DNA from: Microcaecilia unicolor
Lineage: Eukaryota
DNA: 64,000 nt
Reading direction: 5' to 3'
Assembly: GCF_901765095.1 (NCBI RefSeq)
Contig: NW_021963017.1
Coordinates: forward strand, 302,253 to 366,252
The notes beneath the pieces are model-generated. The model made no database searches, was not told the origin of the DNA, and saw only the letters and a program-made list of their open reading frames with translations. The translations under genes were made by a program, and so were the position numbers. Of this stretch, positions 12,651 to 24,283 are shown piece by piece (positions within the stretch are counted from its first letter, which is position 1; the number at the start of each line of letters is the position of its first letter).

Positions 12651-13285
12651 GTAAGTGAAGATCCTTTGCAACTGCAAAATAACTATTTCTAAGCATATTC
12701 TACCTTGATATTTTTACATAATTTAAGATTGTGGAAAACACTGATAAAATTATTAGAAAATGTGTTCAGTTAGAATTGTTGGGCCTGACGTTCATCCTGT
12801 GGTAGTCAGCGTTTTTTAAGCCACTGAAAGCTGTGGGCAGAGTTAAGACTGGATATTCATTGCTGGACTGTCAAGTCTTTAGAGGAGGAGGAGTAGGCTA
12901 ATGGTTAGTGTAATGGGCTTAGAACCAGGGGAACCCTGCGATGCAGCTCCTGAGCACATACACTTATCTAGGCAGGACATTTGCATCTTCTAATTTATGT
13001 GTTTACTTGCAAACTCCATAATCATGTAATTGCATGTACTTTTATGCCACTCCGTATTTTATAAGAGGCTTGTTACTTGCATATGTGGCCACATATGCTT
13101 GGAAATTACTTTACAAATTTACCTCCAAAGTGTGCTTCTCAGTTATTAACATCAGAATTAGCACATCTCTGTTGTTTGCATACCAGCTATATTATATAAG
13201 GAAGTCTCGTGGAAAATCACATAATACGCAGAAAGTTATCATTTTGTGAAAGTTATTCAGTTTTATTCCTCATTTGTTCTTTTAG

Positions 13286-13423
13286 AAAACAGAGTGTAAA
13301 GCTGTGATCAGCACCTGCAAGGACTCTTCATTAGACAGTGATGGCTTTGATTTACGTATATGCATGTGTAAAGCCCACCCTCCCAGAATGTGGGTGGAAA
13401 AGCACCCAGAGCATGAGAGTGAG
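13286..13423 (+). CDS. PARP4: PARP4 exon
   Basis: It translates to KTECKAVISTCKDSSLDSDGFDLRICMCKAHPPRMWVEKHPEHESE, matching the human KTDCKAVIST...LPRMWVEKHPEKESE. Confidence 0.85.
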
Positions 13424-13884
13424 GTAATACTTATTCTTGACAAGATCTTCAGTGTATAAATTGGATTAGCTCACTTGGTCTATGATGCTGTTCTCAGAAA
13501 TTGCTGAGGTGGGGACTGTGAGTAAATATTATTAATCCCAGGTTTCCTGTAAGCCTCTCATATGGTAAATGATTACTTCGTCCTGAGAGTAAAGTTGCAG
13601 AAAATTTTTGCATCCACCATGCATTAACTGCAAAAGGTAAGGCATATTAGGTGCACCCCTCTGTGGTTTTCAGCTTTTTTGGGGAGGGCTTCTGTGCAGT
13701 GGCATGGTAGATAATGTGGATTATAGTTATCTGTGCAACAGTTAATATTGCAGGGTCATCCACTATGTTAAGTACCTCAAGAAAACTGCCCATTCCCCCA
13801 CCCCAAAATGACATTTCCCATGTTAGCTGTTTACTGTGGCAATTAGCATGGGGTGCTTCCTGCATTAATCAGCTAACTCAGCTT

Positions 13885-14185
13885 CAGTGGCGTACCAAGG
13901 TGGGGGCAGTCCACCCCGGGTGCACGCTGCTGGAGGGGTGCCGCGCGCCTGTCGGCTCCGCTCGTTCCGTGCTCCCTCTGCCCGGGAACAGGTTACTTCC
14001 TTTTCTGGGGCAGAGGGAGCATGGAACGAGCGAAGCCGACAGGCGCGCAGCACTCTTCTTCCCCCCTCCCCCCAGCAGGTAAAAATGCACCCGGGGGGAG
14101 GGGGTGTCCTTTCGCCGGGGTGGTGGGGGTGTCGCACCCGGGGGGGGGGGCACATTGGCGATCTGCCACCCTAGGAACGCCACTG
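13885..14185. mobile_element. hAT-like MITE (301 bp) flanked by an 8-bp TSD, ctcagctt
   Basis: Its terminal inverted repeats (TIRs) begin cagtggcgtacc... and end ...ggaacgccactg. Identical 8-mers ctcagctt lie at 13877-13884 and 14186-14193. The body is GC-rich with an internal palindrome. That palindrome explains the overlapping ORFs on both strands here. Confidence 0.65.
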
Positions 14186-15539
14186 CTCAGCTTAGTAAAG
14201 AGCTCTCTAAAAGTGCCTGAGATGTTTGCTATGTCCTGGCCTTTTTGTTGTCTGTTTGTATGCAAATAAAGCACTGCTTAGCGTGTGCCTCTCTGCATTG
14301 GTAAATATTAGTGGACCTCTGACACTGTGAGGCAGATGCATGAAAGAAACTTAGAAGAACCGAAAACGTAAAGGTCCACGTTACAAGATACCGATTATGA
14401 AAAATTGACAGATGCTCATAACAAATTGCATGCAAATGAGTCGCTCGGTAATACAAAAAGGTCGATGCATGAAAGTCTCGCTAACCTGTTGAAATTCAAG
14501 GTAGCGGTGTAGCAAACACATGTGCACAATAGTCATTCGCTAAGCACACAGCAAATACTATAGCTGTTGTACGCATGTCTAAGTAGATCGCATCATAGAC
14601 GTGCATCCTGGGCATGTGAGATAGACGTCACTTGTAAGCAGAGCCTTATAGGCCACGGTCCGTGCGTGATTTTTTAATAGCTGTGCAGATGGTTACCGTA
14701 TGCTGTGCCACATTGCTTGCATCCCGTTTTTTTGAGGTGGTTTCACATTTTCATTGGTGAGTGTGGAGGGAGGGAGGAAGGGACAAAAAAATGGCAAAAA
14801 TACTTACAGATCTCGGGTACGAAGACCGCCTATTGAAGAGGTGCTGCAGCACTTCCCAGCCCTCGTCTATTCTTATTATGTTTCTCCTCTTCCCCTGTTG
14901 GGGGAAGAGGCACTTCTCATTTATATAACTATGAGCTGCGTAAGCCAGAGCACATCTGTGTTGGAGAAGTTGGGCTTTCTCCTGCAGGGACCATGTGCAG
15001 CCATGGCTTCTCCAAGACGGATGTACACATACGCACATATGCGTGAATGTCAATGACAGTGCTTATGCACGCACTTTATGGATGTGTTTATGTTGACGGC
15101 AGATGACAGCTCTCTGGAGTTATCGGCAGCCCCTGAGCACCCATTAAATATATCACGTTAAAGGTATGCAGACCTTTCTGTGCATTGCCTGTAAATGGCT
15201 GTGCATCATGCGTTGCCATCATTTAAATGAGAACCACATAATTGCAATACATTTGCACAGCTTTTTTGTTGCGCATTTGCGAGTGTGGTAAACAGGTTAC
15301 TGTAGACTTTTGCACATTCATCGCTAGATACCGTGGTCACTAAGCCAGTTGAAACTGGCTCAAAACAATTGTCCCGGCACGGTGAGTTTGATGCAAAATT
15401 ACAAATAATGAAGCATGGGCCATCGTATGGCATAGCTGTGATCCACCACAGCACAGGAGGCCTGTGTTTTGGGCTCTAGTTCATCAGGGTAAACAGCCAA
15501 AATGTATACTTCCATTAAGTTACTTCCCACTATTTCAGG

Positions 15540-15640
15540 ACGTGTGGGCAGTTCTGTCCATCGACCAGCAGGTGGAGATAGAAAACTCAGAACTGAGCTG
15601 TCCCATATACACTCAGCCAGCCAGCCCAGTTCTCCAGTAT
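15540..15640 (-). repeat. Fragment homologous to the spacer of the DIRS 3' modules
   Basis: It shares ccatcgaccagcag.tggaga.agaa...ctgagctgtcccatata.actca with 19790-19857, in the opposite orientation. Confidence 0.3.
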
Positions 15641-16959
15641 TTTCTGTTTCCATCAGGAAAAATGGACATGCATACTTTTCTGCTCCTGGTTCTGAGGCCC
15701 TGCTCCTGGCCAGTTAGTCAACTGGTCTCCCAGTCAAGCTTGGCGGGTAAAGGTCTAGTGGGAGTCATATCTGGTGGTTCCAGATCCCTGTCTCTGTTCC
15801 CCATAGAACCCTCCCCTCTCTGATTTGCCCTCTTCTCTCTCTGGTCCCGCAGAACCCTGCCCTCTTTGTTTTCCTCTCTGCTCTCTAGTGCTGCCGGACA
15901 ACATTAAAGCGGTATTAAAAAAAAAAATAAAGAAAAAAGGGCTCTCTTTATCACAGCAGCTTCCTGGGACACGGAGCAGGCATTGCAGGACTGTACTCCT
16001 GTGCAGCTCTGGGACAGCCCCCAGTCGGGGGGCTGTGAGGTGAGAGGTTTTTCAGGGGTGACAGTGGACTGGGGGGTACCCTGTATTGGAACGGCAGTGG
16101 AGAAGCACTGGGGGCCGGTTTCGGCAGTTTGAAAGAAAAGAAAGGCATGATGTCTGCTCTCCTGGCGTTTTCTACCACGGTGGGGGAAGTGCTCCTGACG
16201 GTCAAGGACTGCAGAGGCTGGGTGTGGCTTCCATCTAGCATGCTTCTGTTTGCTCCTGGCCTGGGGCTACAGTTGAGTGGCTGCTTCTTCCATGGGCTGC
16301 GGCTCCCCTGCCTTTGGCAGTGCTGGGTCAACGCTGGGATCAGTCCCGGTAATGCCGTGTCCCTGCCTTATTTGCTTGCCCTCCTCGGTGTGCCTTGGAG
16401 GGCTGGCGTGCCACTAGTTCTAGTTAAAAAAACAAAAAAACAAACACCCTCAAGATAGTCGCGTGAGCTGGGCTGCTTGTCTCCATCCGGCACTTTGTCT
16501 GGGTTCTTTGGGGGCTGTTGGCATTCCTGGAGGTTTGCTCTGCTGGTCCCCTTTGGGTCACTAAGTCAACCCGTTGCACCTCCCCCCCCCCCCCCCTTTT
16601 GGACCACTTGAAGTGTCTGTGCCTTCTCCTGGTCTGTCTATGCAGTCGCCCTCTGGGGCTGCGGTAGTCGCACAAGGGCTTCAGCCTCTTGTAATTTGTC
16701 CCCGATGTGGTCTTCTCCTTGGTCTTCAGGGGTCCTTGTTTCTTCGTTGTGAAGGTCTCTGACCACCGGCAGTCTCTTTGCTCAGGGCTGCCGTGGTCTC
16801 TTAGAGCTTAGGTCACAGACCTCTCATACTTTTCGGGATAGCAGCAGTAGCCTCCTTTCTGGGGACATTTTTTTTTCCTGTATGTGTCTGTGGCAGCAGC
16901 CACTTCTATTCCACAGAGTGTACTTCTCTGCACCTCTAGGGTGTTTTTTTTCTGGAGAG

Positions 16960-18190
16960 TCTCAGCAGCTTCAGCTGTTTTCTCTGTTGAGAGTTGCAGA
17001 TGCCTCCTGGTTTTCACCGGTACGGCAGTCTCCTCTCTTTGGGATTGCGGGCGCCTCCTGGGCTTTGCAGCCTTGGCAGTCTCCCCTCTGCAGAGTTGCA
17101 GATGCCTTTGGGGCTGCACTGCTGCGGCAGTCTCCTTGCTTCTGAGTGGCGTACCTCTCCTGGTCCTCTCGGCCACAGCAGCCTCCTTTTGGGTGGAGTT
17201 GCAGATGCCTAGGGGCATCACAGCTGCGGCAGTCTCCTCTTCGGAATTGCAGACGCCTATAGGGCTTCATAGCCACAGCAATCTCCTATATGAAGTTGCA
17301 GACACCTCCCGGGCGTCACAGCCATGGCAGTCTCCTCCTTTGGAGTAGCCTAGTGGTTAGTGCAGTGGACTTTGATACTAGTGAACTGGGTTCAATTCCC
17401 AGTGCAGCTTCTTGTGACTCTGGGAAAGTCACTTAACCCTCCATTGTCCCAGGTACAATAAGAACCTGTATATACTATGTAAACCGCTTTGAATGTAGTT
17501 GCAAAATCCACAGAAAGGCGGTATATCTGGTACCAGTCCCTCCCTCCCGGTATTCACAGCCACGGCAGTCTCCTCTTCACAGTTGCAGACACCTCCCGGG
17601 CTTCACAGTCACGGCAGTCTTCTCTTTGGTTTCAAATGCTTCCCGGGCTTCACAGCCACAGCAGTCTTCTCTTCGGAGTTGCAGAGGCCTCCTGGGCTTC
17701 ACAGCCACGGCAGTCTCCTCTTTGGAATCTTAGATGCCTCCTGCACTTCACAGCTACGGTGGTCTTTCCTTCGGAGTTGCAGTCACCTCTTGGCCTTCGC
17801 AGCCGAGGCAGTTTCTCCTTTTCAGGATTGCAGTCACCTCTTGCATTCACAGTCCTGGCAGTCTCCTCTCCAGAGATGCAGTTGCCTCCTGGTCTTCTAG
17901 CTGCTGTTTTCTCCACACTTTGGGGTTGCAGTCACCTCCTCAGCTTCACCATTATGGTAGTCTTTTCTCTTTGGAGTGGTTGTCACCTTTGGGCTTTCCA
18001 GCTATGACGGGCCTCTGTCTTCGGAGTTGCAGGTCACTCTGGTAATCCGTAGTCTTGGCAGTCTCCCTTCCTGGAATCCAGTGGTTTTCTTCTCCAGGGC
18101 TACACACTTCTTGGGGGCAACATACAGCTCTGGAGGTCCTCACTGTTTGCAGTCTCCTCTCTTCTGAGTTGCAGTCTCTTCTCTTGGGAG
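16960..18190. repeat. 48-bp minisatellite array of about 25 units, interrupted by a SINE
   Basis: The unit is cacggcagtctcctcttcggagttgcagacacctcccgggcttcacagc, with variants. A SINE sits at 17342-17527. Six-frame ORFs across the array show repeated peptides and are artefacts. Confidence 0.8.
17342..17527 (+). mobile_element. tRNA-derived SINE inserted into the minisatellite
   Basis: The sequence ggagtagcctagtggttagtgcagtggactttg...gtcacttaaccctccattg...gtaaaccgctttgaatg interrupts the 48-bp periodicity. Confidence 0.6.
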
Positions 18191-19546
18191 TTGAGGTCCC
18201 AGTTTCTGTGGTTGCTGCTGTTCTGAATTGATGCCATTGGGGGTATTTTCTCGGCTACAGGCTTCCCAGTCGGCTCCAGTAGTTCAGTGTTACTGCGGCA
18301 GTCTGCTTTCTCTGGAGTGGCGGACATCTTACAGCTGGAGGTTCGGTCAGCTTCTGCAGTCTTTGGACTTGGGATCTCGTTGGGAATGGCTGATTCATGC
18401 CACAGCGGCGGCCAGAATGTTGAGCTCCTGCCAACACTTGGGGAGAGCAAGTTTCCTCACGGCTCAGCAACGTTGCTGTTGGTGAGGTGGATTTGCCTAA
18501 TCCTCAGTGTGCTCATCCTAGAGCATGGACTCAGTGCAGGTCCTGGAACCTATGTCTGTGGCCAGGGAAGTGGTTCCTGGTGGGGAGGGATAGCTTCTGT
18601 CTATGGCAGTTCTCCCTTCTCTTTCGGTGATCCCCAGCCCCCCAGAGTTGACGCCGGCAGTGGCCTTGGTCCGCCAGGCAGGGCATGCACTGGGAGTTGT
18701 TCCCACAGCCGCCCTCCCTCAAGAGTTCCGCTTCCTATTTTGTATTGGGGCTGGCTACGGCATTCTTCCTTGACTTTCCATACAGAGGAGGTCCCTTCTG
18801 GAAAGAGGTTCGCCTTTGGAACCCCTTTCGAACTTTGTGTTCGGTTTGATTTGTCTGCCTTGTGCTGCGGACTCTGCCACATCTGTCCTTTGGCCCTCTC
18901 CGGAAGGCCAACAATATGGTTCATACGTTGCGTGAGGTGTTTTTGATGTCTCTTACCTCTGGAGTGCGGATTTCTGGGCGCGGTAGTGCTGGGACCTGTT
19001 CCTCTGTTGCCGGAGGCTGGGGTCTCAGTTCTGTCCGTCCCTCTCTGCCTCAGTTGGTTTCAGTATTCCAAGTCAGTTGGTTGGCGTATCATCTGGTGTT
19101 TCGCCGGGATGTTGCATTTCGCCTCACTGAGGCTTCTGGGTGGCCGTTGGAGTTGTTTGCACTTTCTTGAGGCTTCTCCTTCCTTCTGATGTTTGGTTCG
19201 TCTGTTCAGCCCTTTTAGGGATGACAGAGGTTGAGTCTCATGGCGTCCTTGGTCACCTTTGCCTCTTGGTTGGTAGGGACGCTTACTTCAGCTGTCTCTA
19301 CGTGCTGGATAGCAGCATCCTGTGCAGCATCCATCTTGTTGGCCCGGTGGCTTTTGGCAGAGCAGCAACATGGTTGTTATTGTATGCGTTTGCTGGGCTT
19401 CTCAGTGGATATTGTGGCCGTTCGGCGGGGGTGGTCAGGGCTTCGGTTCTCCAGGCAGCGGAGCTGGGGTCCCACCCTGTTAGGATTGCTTTTGAATATC
19501 CCATGTGTCCTGGAATTGTGGGAAGTAACATAATGAAGGAGAAATT

Positions 19547-19920
19547 AGGGCTTACCTGATGATAATTTTCTTTCCATTAGTTCTTCACAGTATTCCAGGA
19601 GCCCACCCCTGGACCTGTTTTGGTGGCAGGCTTTACAGCTTATGCACGGGCTGTCACTCTTTTGTCTATCTCTAAAGATACCGGGGACCTTCCGAGAGTC
19701 CGATTGTTTGGTCGTTTACAGTTGTAGAGGTTTTTGGTTTTATTCCTTCTGCTTGTTTAGGCAAATACTGGAGAACTGGGATGGCTGGCTGAGTATATAT
19801 GGGACAGCTCAGTTCTGTCTCCATCTGCTGGTCGATGGACAGAACTACCCACACATCCTGGAATAGTGTGAAGAACTAATGGAAAGAAAATTATCAGGTA
19901 AGCCCTAATTTCTCCATAGA
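19547..19920 (+). mobile_element. Solo DIRS 3' terminal module, made of an ICR, a 252-bp spacer and a right terminus
   Basis: Positions 19547-19605 are the reverse complement of 19858-19920 (cctggaatagtgtgaagaac plus taatggaaagaaaattatcaggtaagccctaatttctcc). The layout is the same as copy A at 3640-4186. Confidence 0.55.
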
Positions 19921-20513
19921 AATCAAATAGAAGAATAATGCAGATGTACACTGAGATCTGAGGTGTATGCCTAGTGGTGCTATTGAAATATAAAATAGTA
20001 GACGTTATAGGCAGTATTGACTTATATGTGGCACACATTCTTAAACTTTTGAAACTTTAAAAGTGTATATTTTTCACATTCTGATGTCTAAAAAGTACAA
20101 TTCAAAATGCATGAAAGTATGAGCTTGCTTTACTGATTTACACTGCATACTCTACATTTTCAATGTAAAAGAATAATTATAGAAATATTCAAAGGTCTTA
20201 GGCAACTGTGTAGCCTGGTGATTGGGTAAGCAGGCCCCTCCTGTACCCACTGCTTGAGTGAAAGTACCCATGCTCTCAGGGGGGGGGGGGGCAGTTTTTG
20301 GTGCCTCATTTTTCACAGGTAGGCAGGTAGGTGTTTACCCATGGAAAAAGATTTGAAAAACTGCTCTCTTGAAGTTTCTGGTTGAGTAAATTTAGGGGGA
20401 CTTTATTTCATGACCCATCTGGTTGCCATCTGGGAACCAGATCAATATCTTGTATACAATATAGGGTAGGTTCGTCATTGCTGATGGGGCTGTTTTGTTT
20501 TTTCTTCCTGTAG

Positions 20514-20712
20514 GCATGTATGCTGGTGTTTCAACCCTATTTTGAACCATCCACTTTATTTGAAGTGGATGATTCCAGTGAGATTGTTATTTGTTTGGAT
20601 TGCTCTACCTCCATGGAGGGCTTGATATTCCAGCAGGCCAAGCAGATTGCTCTTCTTGTGCTGAAGTCTCTTAGTGACCGTCACCAAATAAACCTTATCA
20701 GGTTTGGCACAA
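20514..20712 (+). CDS. PARP4: PARP4 exon at the start of the vWA domain
   Basis: It translates to ACMLVFQPYFEPSTLFEVDDSSEIVICLDCSTSMEGLIFQQAKQIALLVLKSLSDRHQINLIRFGT. The human counterpart is ACMLVFQP...EVIICLDCSSSMEG..FLQAKQIAL...NIIQFGT. The donor is a|gtaagt. Confidence 0.85.
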
Positions 20713-20989
20713 GTAAGTTGGTTCTTTCTGTTTTCTGCCAGAGTATTTGGTTACATATTTTCATAATGGTTAAGTTGAAAGATGACCTGTTTTAACTTAC
20801 AGCGATAGCTCTCTCAAAGAGCTATCACTGTTAATTCCATATAATCTACCTGCATCATGATGTCTACCAGTCCCTTTTCCCTCATAAAATGTGTTAAGAT
20901 TTCTTTTGAAAACATTTCAAGTCAAATGGGTACAGAACAAGTGAATAGGAGTTAGGAATTAAAAGCAGTTTCAAAAAGGTAAGCTTTTA

Positions 20990-21365
20990 GCCTAGATTTG
21001 AAGACAGCCAGAGATGGAGCTTAACGCATTGATTCAGGAAGTCTATTCCAGGCATATGGTGCAGCAAGATAAAAGGAGCAGAGTCTGGAGTTGACAGTGG
21101 GGGAGTAGGGCTCAGATAAGAGAGATTTACCCAGTGAAGGAGTTCCCAGGGAGGATTGTAGGGAGAGATAAGAGTGGAGAGGTACTGAGGAGCTGCAGAC
21201 TGAATACACTTATAAATCAGCAAGAGGAATTTGAACTGTATGCGGAAACAGATGGGGAGCCTGTGAAGTGACTTGAGGAGAGGGCTAATATGAGCATAGC
21301 AACACTGGTGGAATAGCCGCTTTCTTAGACTTTCAGCATAGGCATTGCATCCTGTTATAAAATTA
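20990..21365. repeat. Unclassified interspersed repeat
   Basis: It shares a motif block of about 75 bp, gaactgtat.cgg...agccagtgaagtgacttgaggagaggg..atatgag.ata, with 37330-37620. The remaining sequence is related more loosely. Confidence 0.3.
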
Positions 21366-21429
21366 CCCCCCATATAGGTACTCTATCTTTTTTGTTGTGG
21401 TATGATTTGGTTTCCATTCTTTTATGTAG

Positions 21430-21497
21430 ATTATCAAGAATTATTTTCCTATCCAAAGAGCACAACAAACCGATCCTTATTGGAAGAATATATTAAA
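21430..21497 (+). CDS. PARP4: PARP4 exon in the vWA domain
   Basis: It translates to (N)YQELFSYPKSTTNRSLLEEYIK, matching the human YKELFSYPKHITSN. The junctions are tttatgtag| and aaa|gtgagt. Confidence 0.8.
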
Positions 21498-21829
21498 GTG
21501 AGTTACAATTGTTCCTTTCAGTGTGCAACTGATTTTATTATTTGTCTCCATTCCCCTAACACAAGTTCCCTCCTTTATTTTTCTCAACCCTCTTTATTCT
21601 TCTAGGCCCCCACCAATCACTCACTGATTTCTTTTAGCCATAAAAACCATTCTTACAAAAAGAATTCTGCATTTGTCTGAGAGGTCATAAGAAATCCCCA
21701 TTGTAAATGAAGAAAAAAGACACAAACTCTGTTTATTTTCTAAATTAAAGAGCTGATCTGCTATTGGGAGAAAAAATAAGATTCAGATTATTCAGGTGTT
21801 TGTTTTTTTCACTGTTTTTTTTTTCTCAG

Positions 21830-22017
21830 ATTGCCACACCCACGATGGGTAACACTGACTTGTGGAAACCTTTGCGCTCTTTGAGTTTGTTAGCACCTTC
21901 CGACCGTCTGCGCAACATTCTGCTAATATCTGATGGCCACATTCAGAATGAGAGCCTTACTTTCCAAATTATAAAGAAGAGTATCAAGCACACAAGGTTA
22001 TTTGCCTGTGGTGTTGG
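21830..22017 (+). CDS. PARP4: PARP4 exon in the vWA domain
   Basis: It translates to IATPTMGNTDLWKPLRSLSLLAPSDRLRNILLISDGHIQNESLTFQIIKKSIKHTRLFACGVG. The human counterpart is ATPTMGNTDFWKTLRYLSLL...NILLVSDGHLQDESLTLQLVKRSRPHTRLFACGIG. The donor is gg|gtaggt. Confidence 0.85.
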
Positions 22018-22778
22018 GTAGGTACAAAGTAAATCTTCTCTTTCTGAGTAAAGGATCATGGATTTGATATACTGCCTTTGTGGTACAGTCAGTGGTTTAC
22101 ATTTATTATAAAACAATGACAGTGGCTCCCTTAACTGTATATGTTCACTGTGGGACCTCAGATAGTATCCACTTATATTATAAATCAGCTCCCACTATCT
22201 TCTGTCAGTGTCAGTTCAAACAATCATTAATCAATATATTTCTCTTGGTGACCTCAGCTGTGCACATTACCAGTTTTACTGAATGGCAATGGGTTCTGCC
22301 CACCTTTCTTCATTGGTTCACACTATTAATGCATTTATTTTTTATCATTATTATTAACATTTAATTTTTGTAGTCAAATGCTCATCTTATATAGATATAT
22401 CGGACCCAGGGGTTGATGTTACTGTCCGACATGCATGTTTCACCCTTGTCAGGGCTGTTTCAAGGACTACCCCCTATGAAAAATACATAAAGATTAACTT
22501 CAACGGTATAGTGACAGAGATATAAAGTTAATTTCTCATACCACCCCACCGCTATATACCGCTAAACGGTAGAGGGGATGTATATAGCGGTGGGGTGGTA
22601 TGAGAAATTAACTTTGTATCTCTGTCACTATACTGTTGAAGTTAATCTTTAAGTATTTTTCGTAGGGGGTAGTCCTTGAAACAGCCCTGACAAGGGCGAA
22701 ACATGCATGTCGGACAGTAACATCAACCCCTGGGTCCGATATATCTATATAAGATGAGTATTTGACTACAAAAATTAA

Positions 22779-23828
22779 ATGTTACCTAGAGCCCTCTTAT
22801 ATAAGAGTAGACGGGAGGGAGGGTTGGGGATGCCCAACCTTCAATGGTATTATTGTGCAGCACAGTCTAGGGCGGCAGTAGATTGGTTTCGACGAGAGGA
22901 CCACAAGCTGTGGGTTGACATTGAACAAAATCTGGTGGGTTCTCGTAAGTTGGGACATCTAATGTGGATCGCAGGTAATGATAGGGGTCGGGTGGATAAA
23001 TTTCCACCTACAGTACAAGCTACTTTTCACTACTGGGACCTCCTGTTTCCCCAGCAGCAACCTTTGGTGTCAGGACTAGCCCCGATAGTGGATAACCCTC
23101 TGTTTGCCCCGGGTATAGGAAACACTACATTCTGTAAATGGGCGGAGGCGGGTTTGGACATGTTGGGTCAATTACATGTGGGGGAGACTATTGTACCCTT
23201 CGAGACTCTTGTGACTGACTTCGGTCTTTCACGGGGGGATCGATACGCCCACTTGCAACTACAACACTTTTTGAAAGGGAAGGCGTATATGGGATGCCTG
23301 AAATGGGATACTCACCCGTTGGAGGAGGTATGTGTAGACCCCAAGGGCACGAAAGGATTGATTTCCAAACTGTACACTTACTTAGTGAAAGGCTCCAAAA
23401 CATCCCTATTGCATAGAAAACGGTGGGAACAGGAGCTACAGTTCTCGTTACCGGAGACGGGTTGGCTGACCTTAGAGAGGAGTCTGTTGCGGGTCTCTCG
23501 TGCAGTGGACATGCAGGAGAATGCTGTAAAGGTATTCTGTAGATGGTACCTGACCCCGGTTAGATTACACCATATGTTTCCGCAGGTTTCAAAGGGCTGC
23601 TGGAGGAATTGTGGGGGGGAGGGGACTATGGGTCACATATGGTGGCTATGTCCTAAGGCACAGGCCTATTGGAGGGGTGTGCACTCTCGACTTCAAGTAT
23701 GGCTCGGCAGTTCTGTGCGGTGGCATCCTTTGATCTTCCTATTAGGACAGAGACCTGAGGGCATTACATCTGATCAGTGTGGATTGGTAAGACAGTCCTT
23801 GGTGGCGGCCCGAGTCCACTTGGCCTGA
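22779..23828 (+). CDS. C-terminal part of LINE ORF2, comprising the post-RT region and a Cys-rich CCHC-like domain
   Basis: The 349-aa ORF reads KSRREGGLGMPNLQWYYCAAQ...CRWYLTPVRL...CWRNCGGEGTMGHIWWLCP, which is the L1-type C-terminal cysteine motif. Its ATG is supplied by the target-site duplication. Confidence 0.65.
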   Translation: MLPRALLYKSRREGGLGMPNLQWYYCAAQSRAAVDWFRREDHKLWVDIEQNLVGSRKLGHLMWIAGNDRGRVDKFPPTVQATFHYWDLLFPQQQPLVSGLAPIVDNPLFAPGIGNTTFCKWAEAGLDMLGQLHVGETIVPFETLVTDFGLSRGDRYAHLQLQHFLKGKAYMGCLKWDTHPLEEVCVDPKGTKGLISKLYTYLVKGSKTSLLHRKRWEQELQFSLPETGWLTLERSLLRVSRAVDMQENAVKVFCRWYLTPVRLHHMFPQVSKGCWRNCGGEGTMGHIWWLCPKAQAYWRGVHSRLQVWLGSSVRWHPLIFLLGQRPEGITSDQCGLVRQSLVAARVHLA

Positions 23829-24283
23829 AATTGGAAAAGACCACAGGTACCCTCAATGAGTGGTTGGCTTACTAAAGTGAGTTACATATGTGAAATGGAG
23901 AGACTGACTGCAGCGAAAGGGAGAAATTTGCCAAAATGGCAAAAGATATGGACTCCTTTTGAAAGCACACAAAGGGAACTGGATAACAAATGTAATTTTA
24001 GCAGTCTTTACTGATAAGGATGGGAAGACGGGGTGGGGGGGAGGGTAGAGGGGGGGGAGGGTCAAGGCAGGTGAAGGGAGGGAGGATCTGTTGTATAAAA
24101 TTAAAAATGATAGAAGTAACATAAGCTACTGTTAAAGCATTGTGTTGGTGATGGTGCATTTCTTTACTAGATACCCAATGTTAGATTCATATTGTGTTAA
24201 GAAAGTGTAAGGTCTCTCATTGAGTTTGGACTGGTTATCCTATGCAATGATCAATAAAATCTTCTAAATATTAAAAAAAAAAA
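22785..24283 (+). mobile_element. 5'-truncated L1/Tx1-like LINE 3' fragment with a poly-A tail and TSD
   Basis: It contains an ORF2 C-terminal domain. A poly-A run lies at 24273-24283. A direct repeat attaaatgtta flanks both ends (22774-22784 and 24284-24294). Confidence 0.7.

Noticed and set aside
13865-14274. A cluster of overlapping ORFs of 82-99 aa on both strands in GC-rich sequence
   Set aside because: They lie entirely within the palindromic body of the hAT-like MITE. Open frames on both strands are a by-product of GC richness and the inverted repeat, not genes.
16808-18045. Many ORFs of 100-170 aa with repetitive peptides
   Set aside because: They are read-through of the 48-bp minisatellite in all six frames.
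18287-18946. A 219-aa ORF with no recognisable motif
   Set aside because: It has no domain signature and no splice context or homology that I can recognise. It is probably a chance ORF in intronic sequence.
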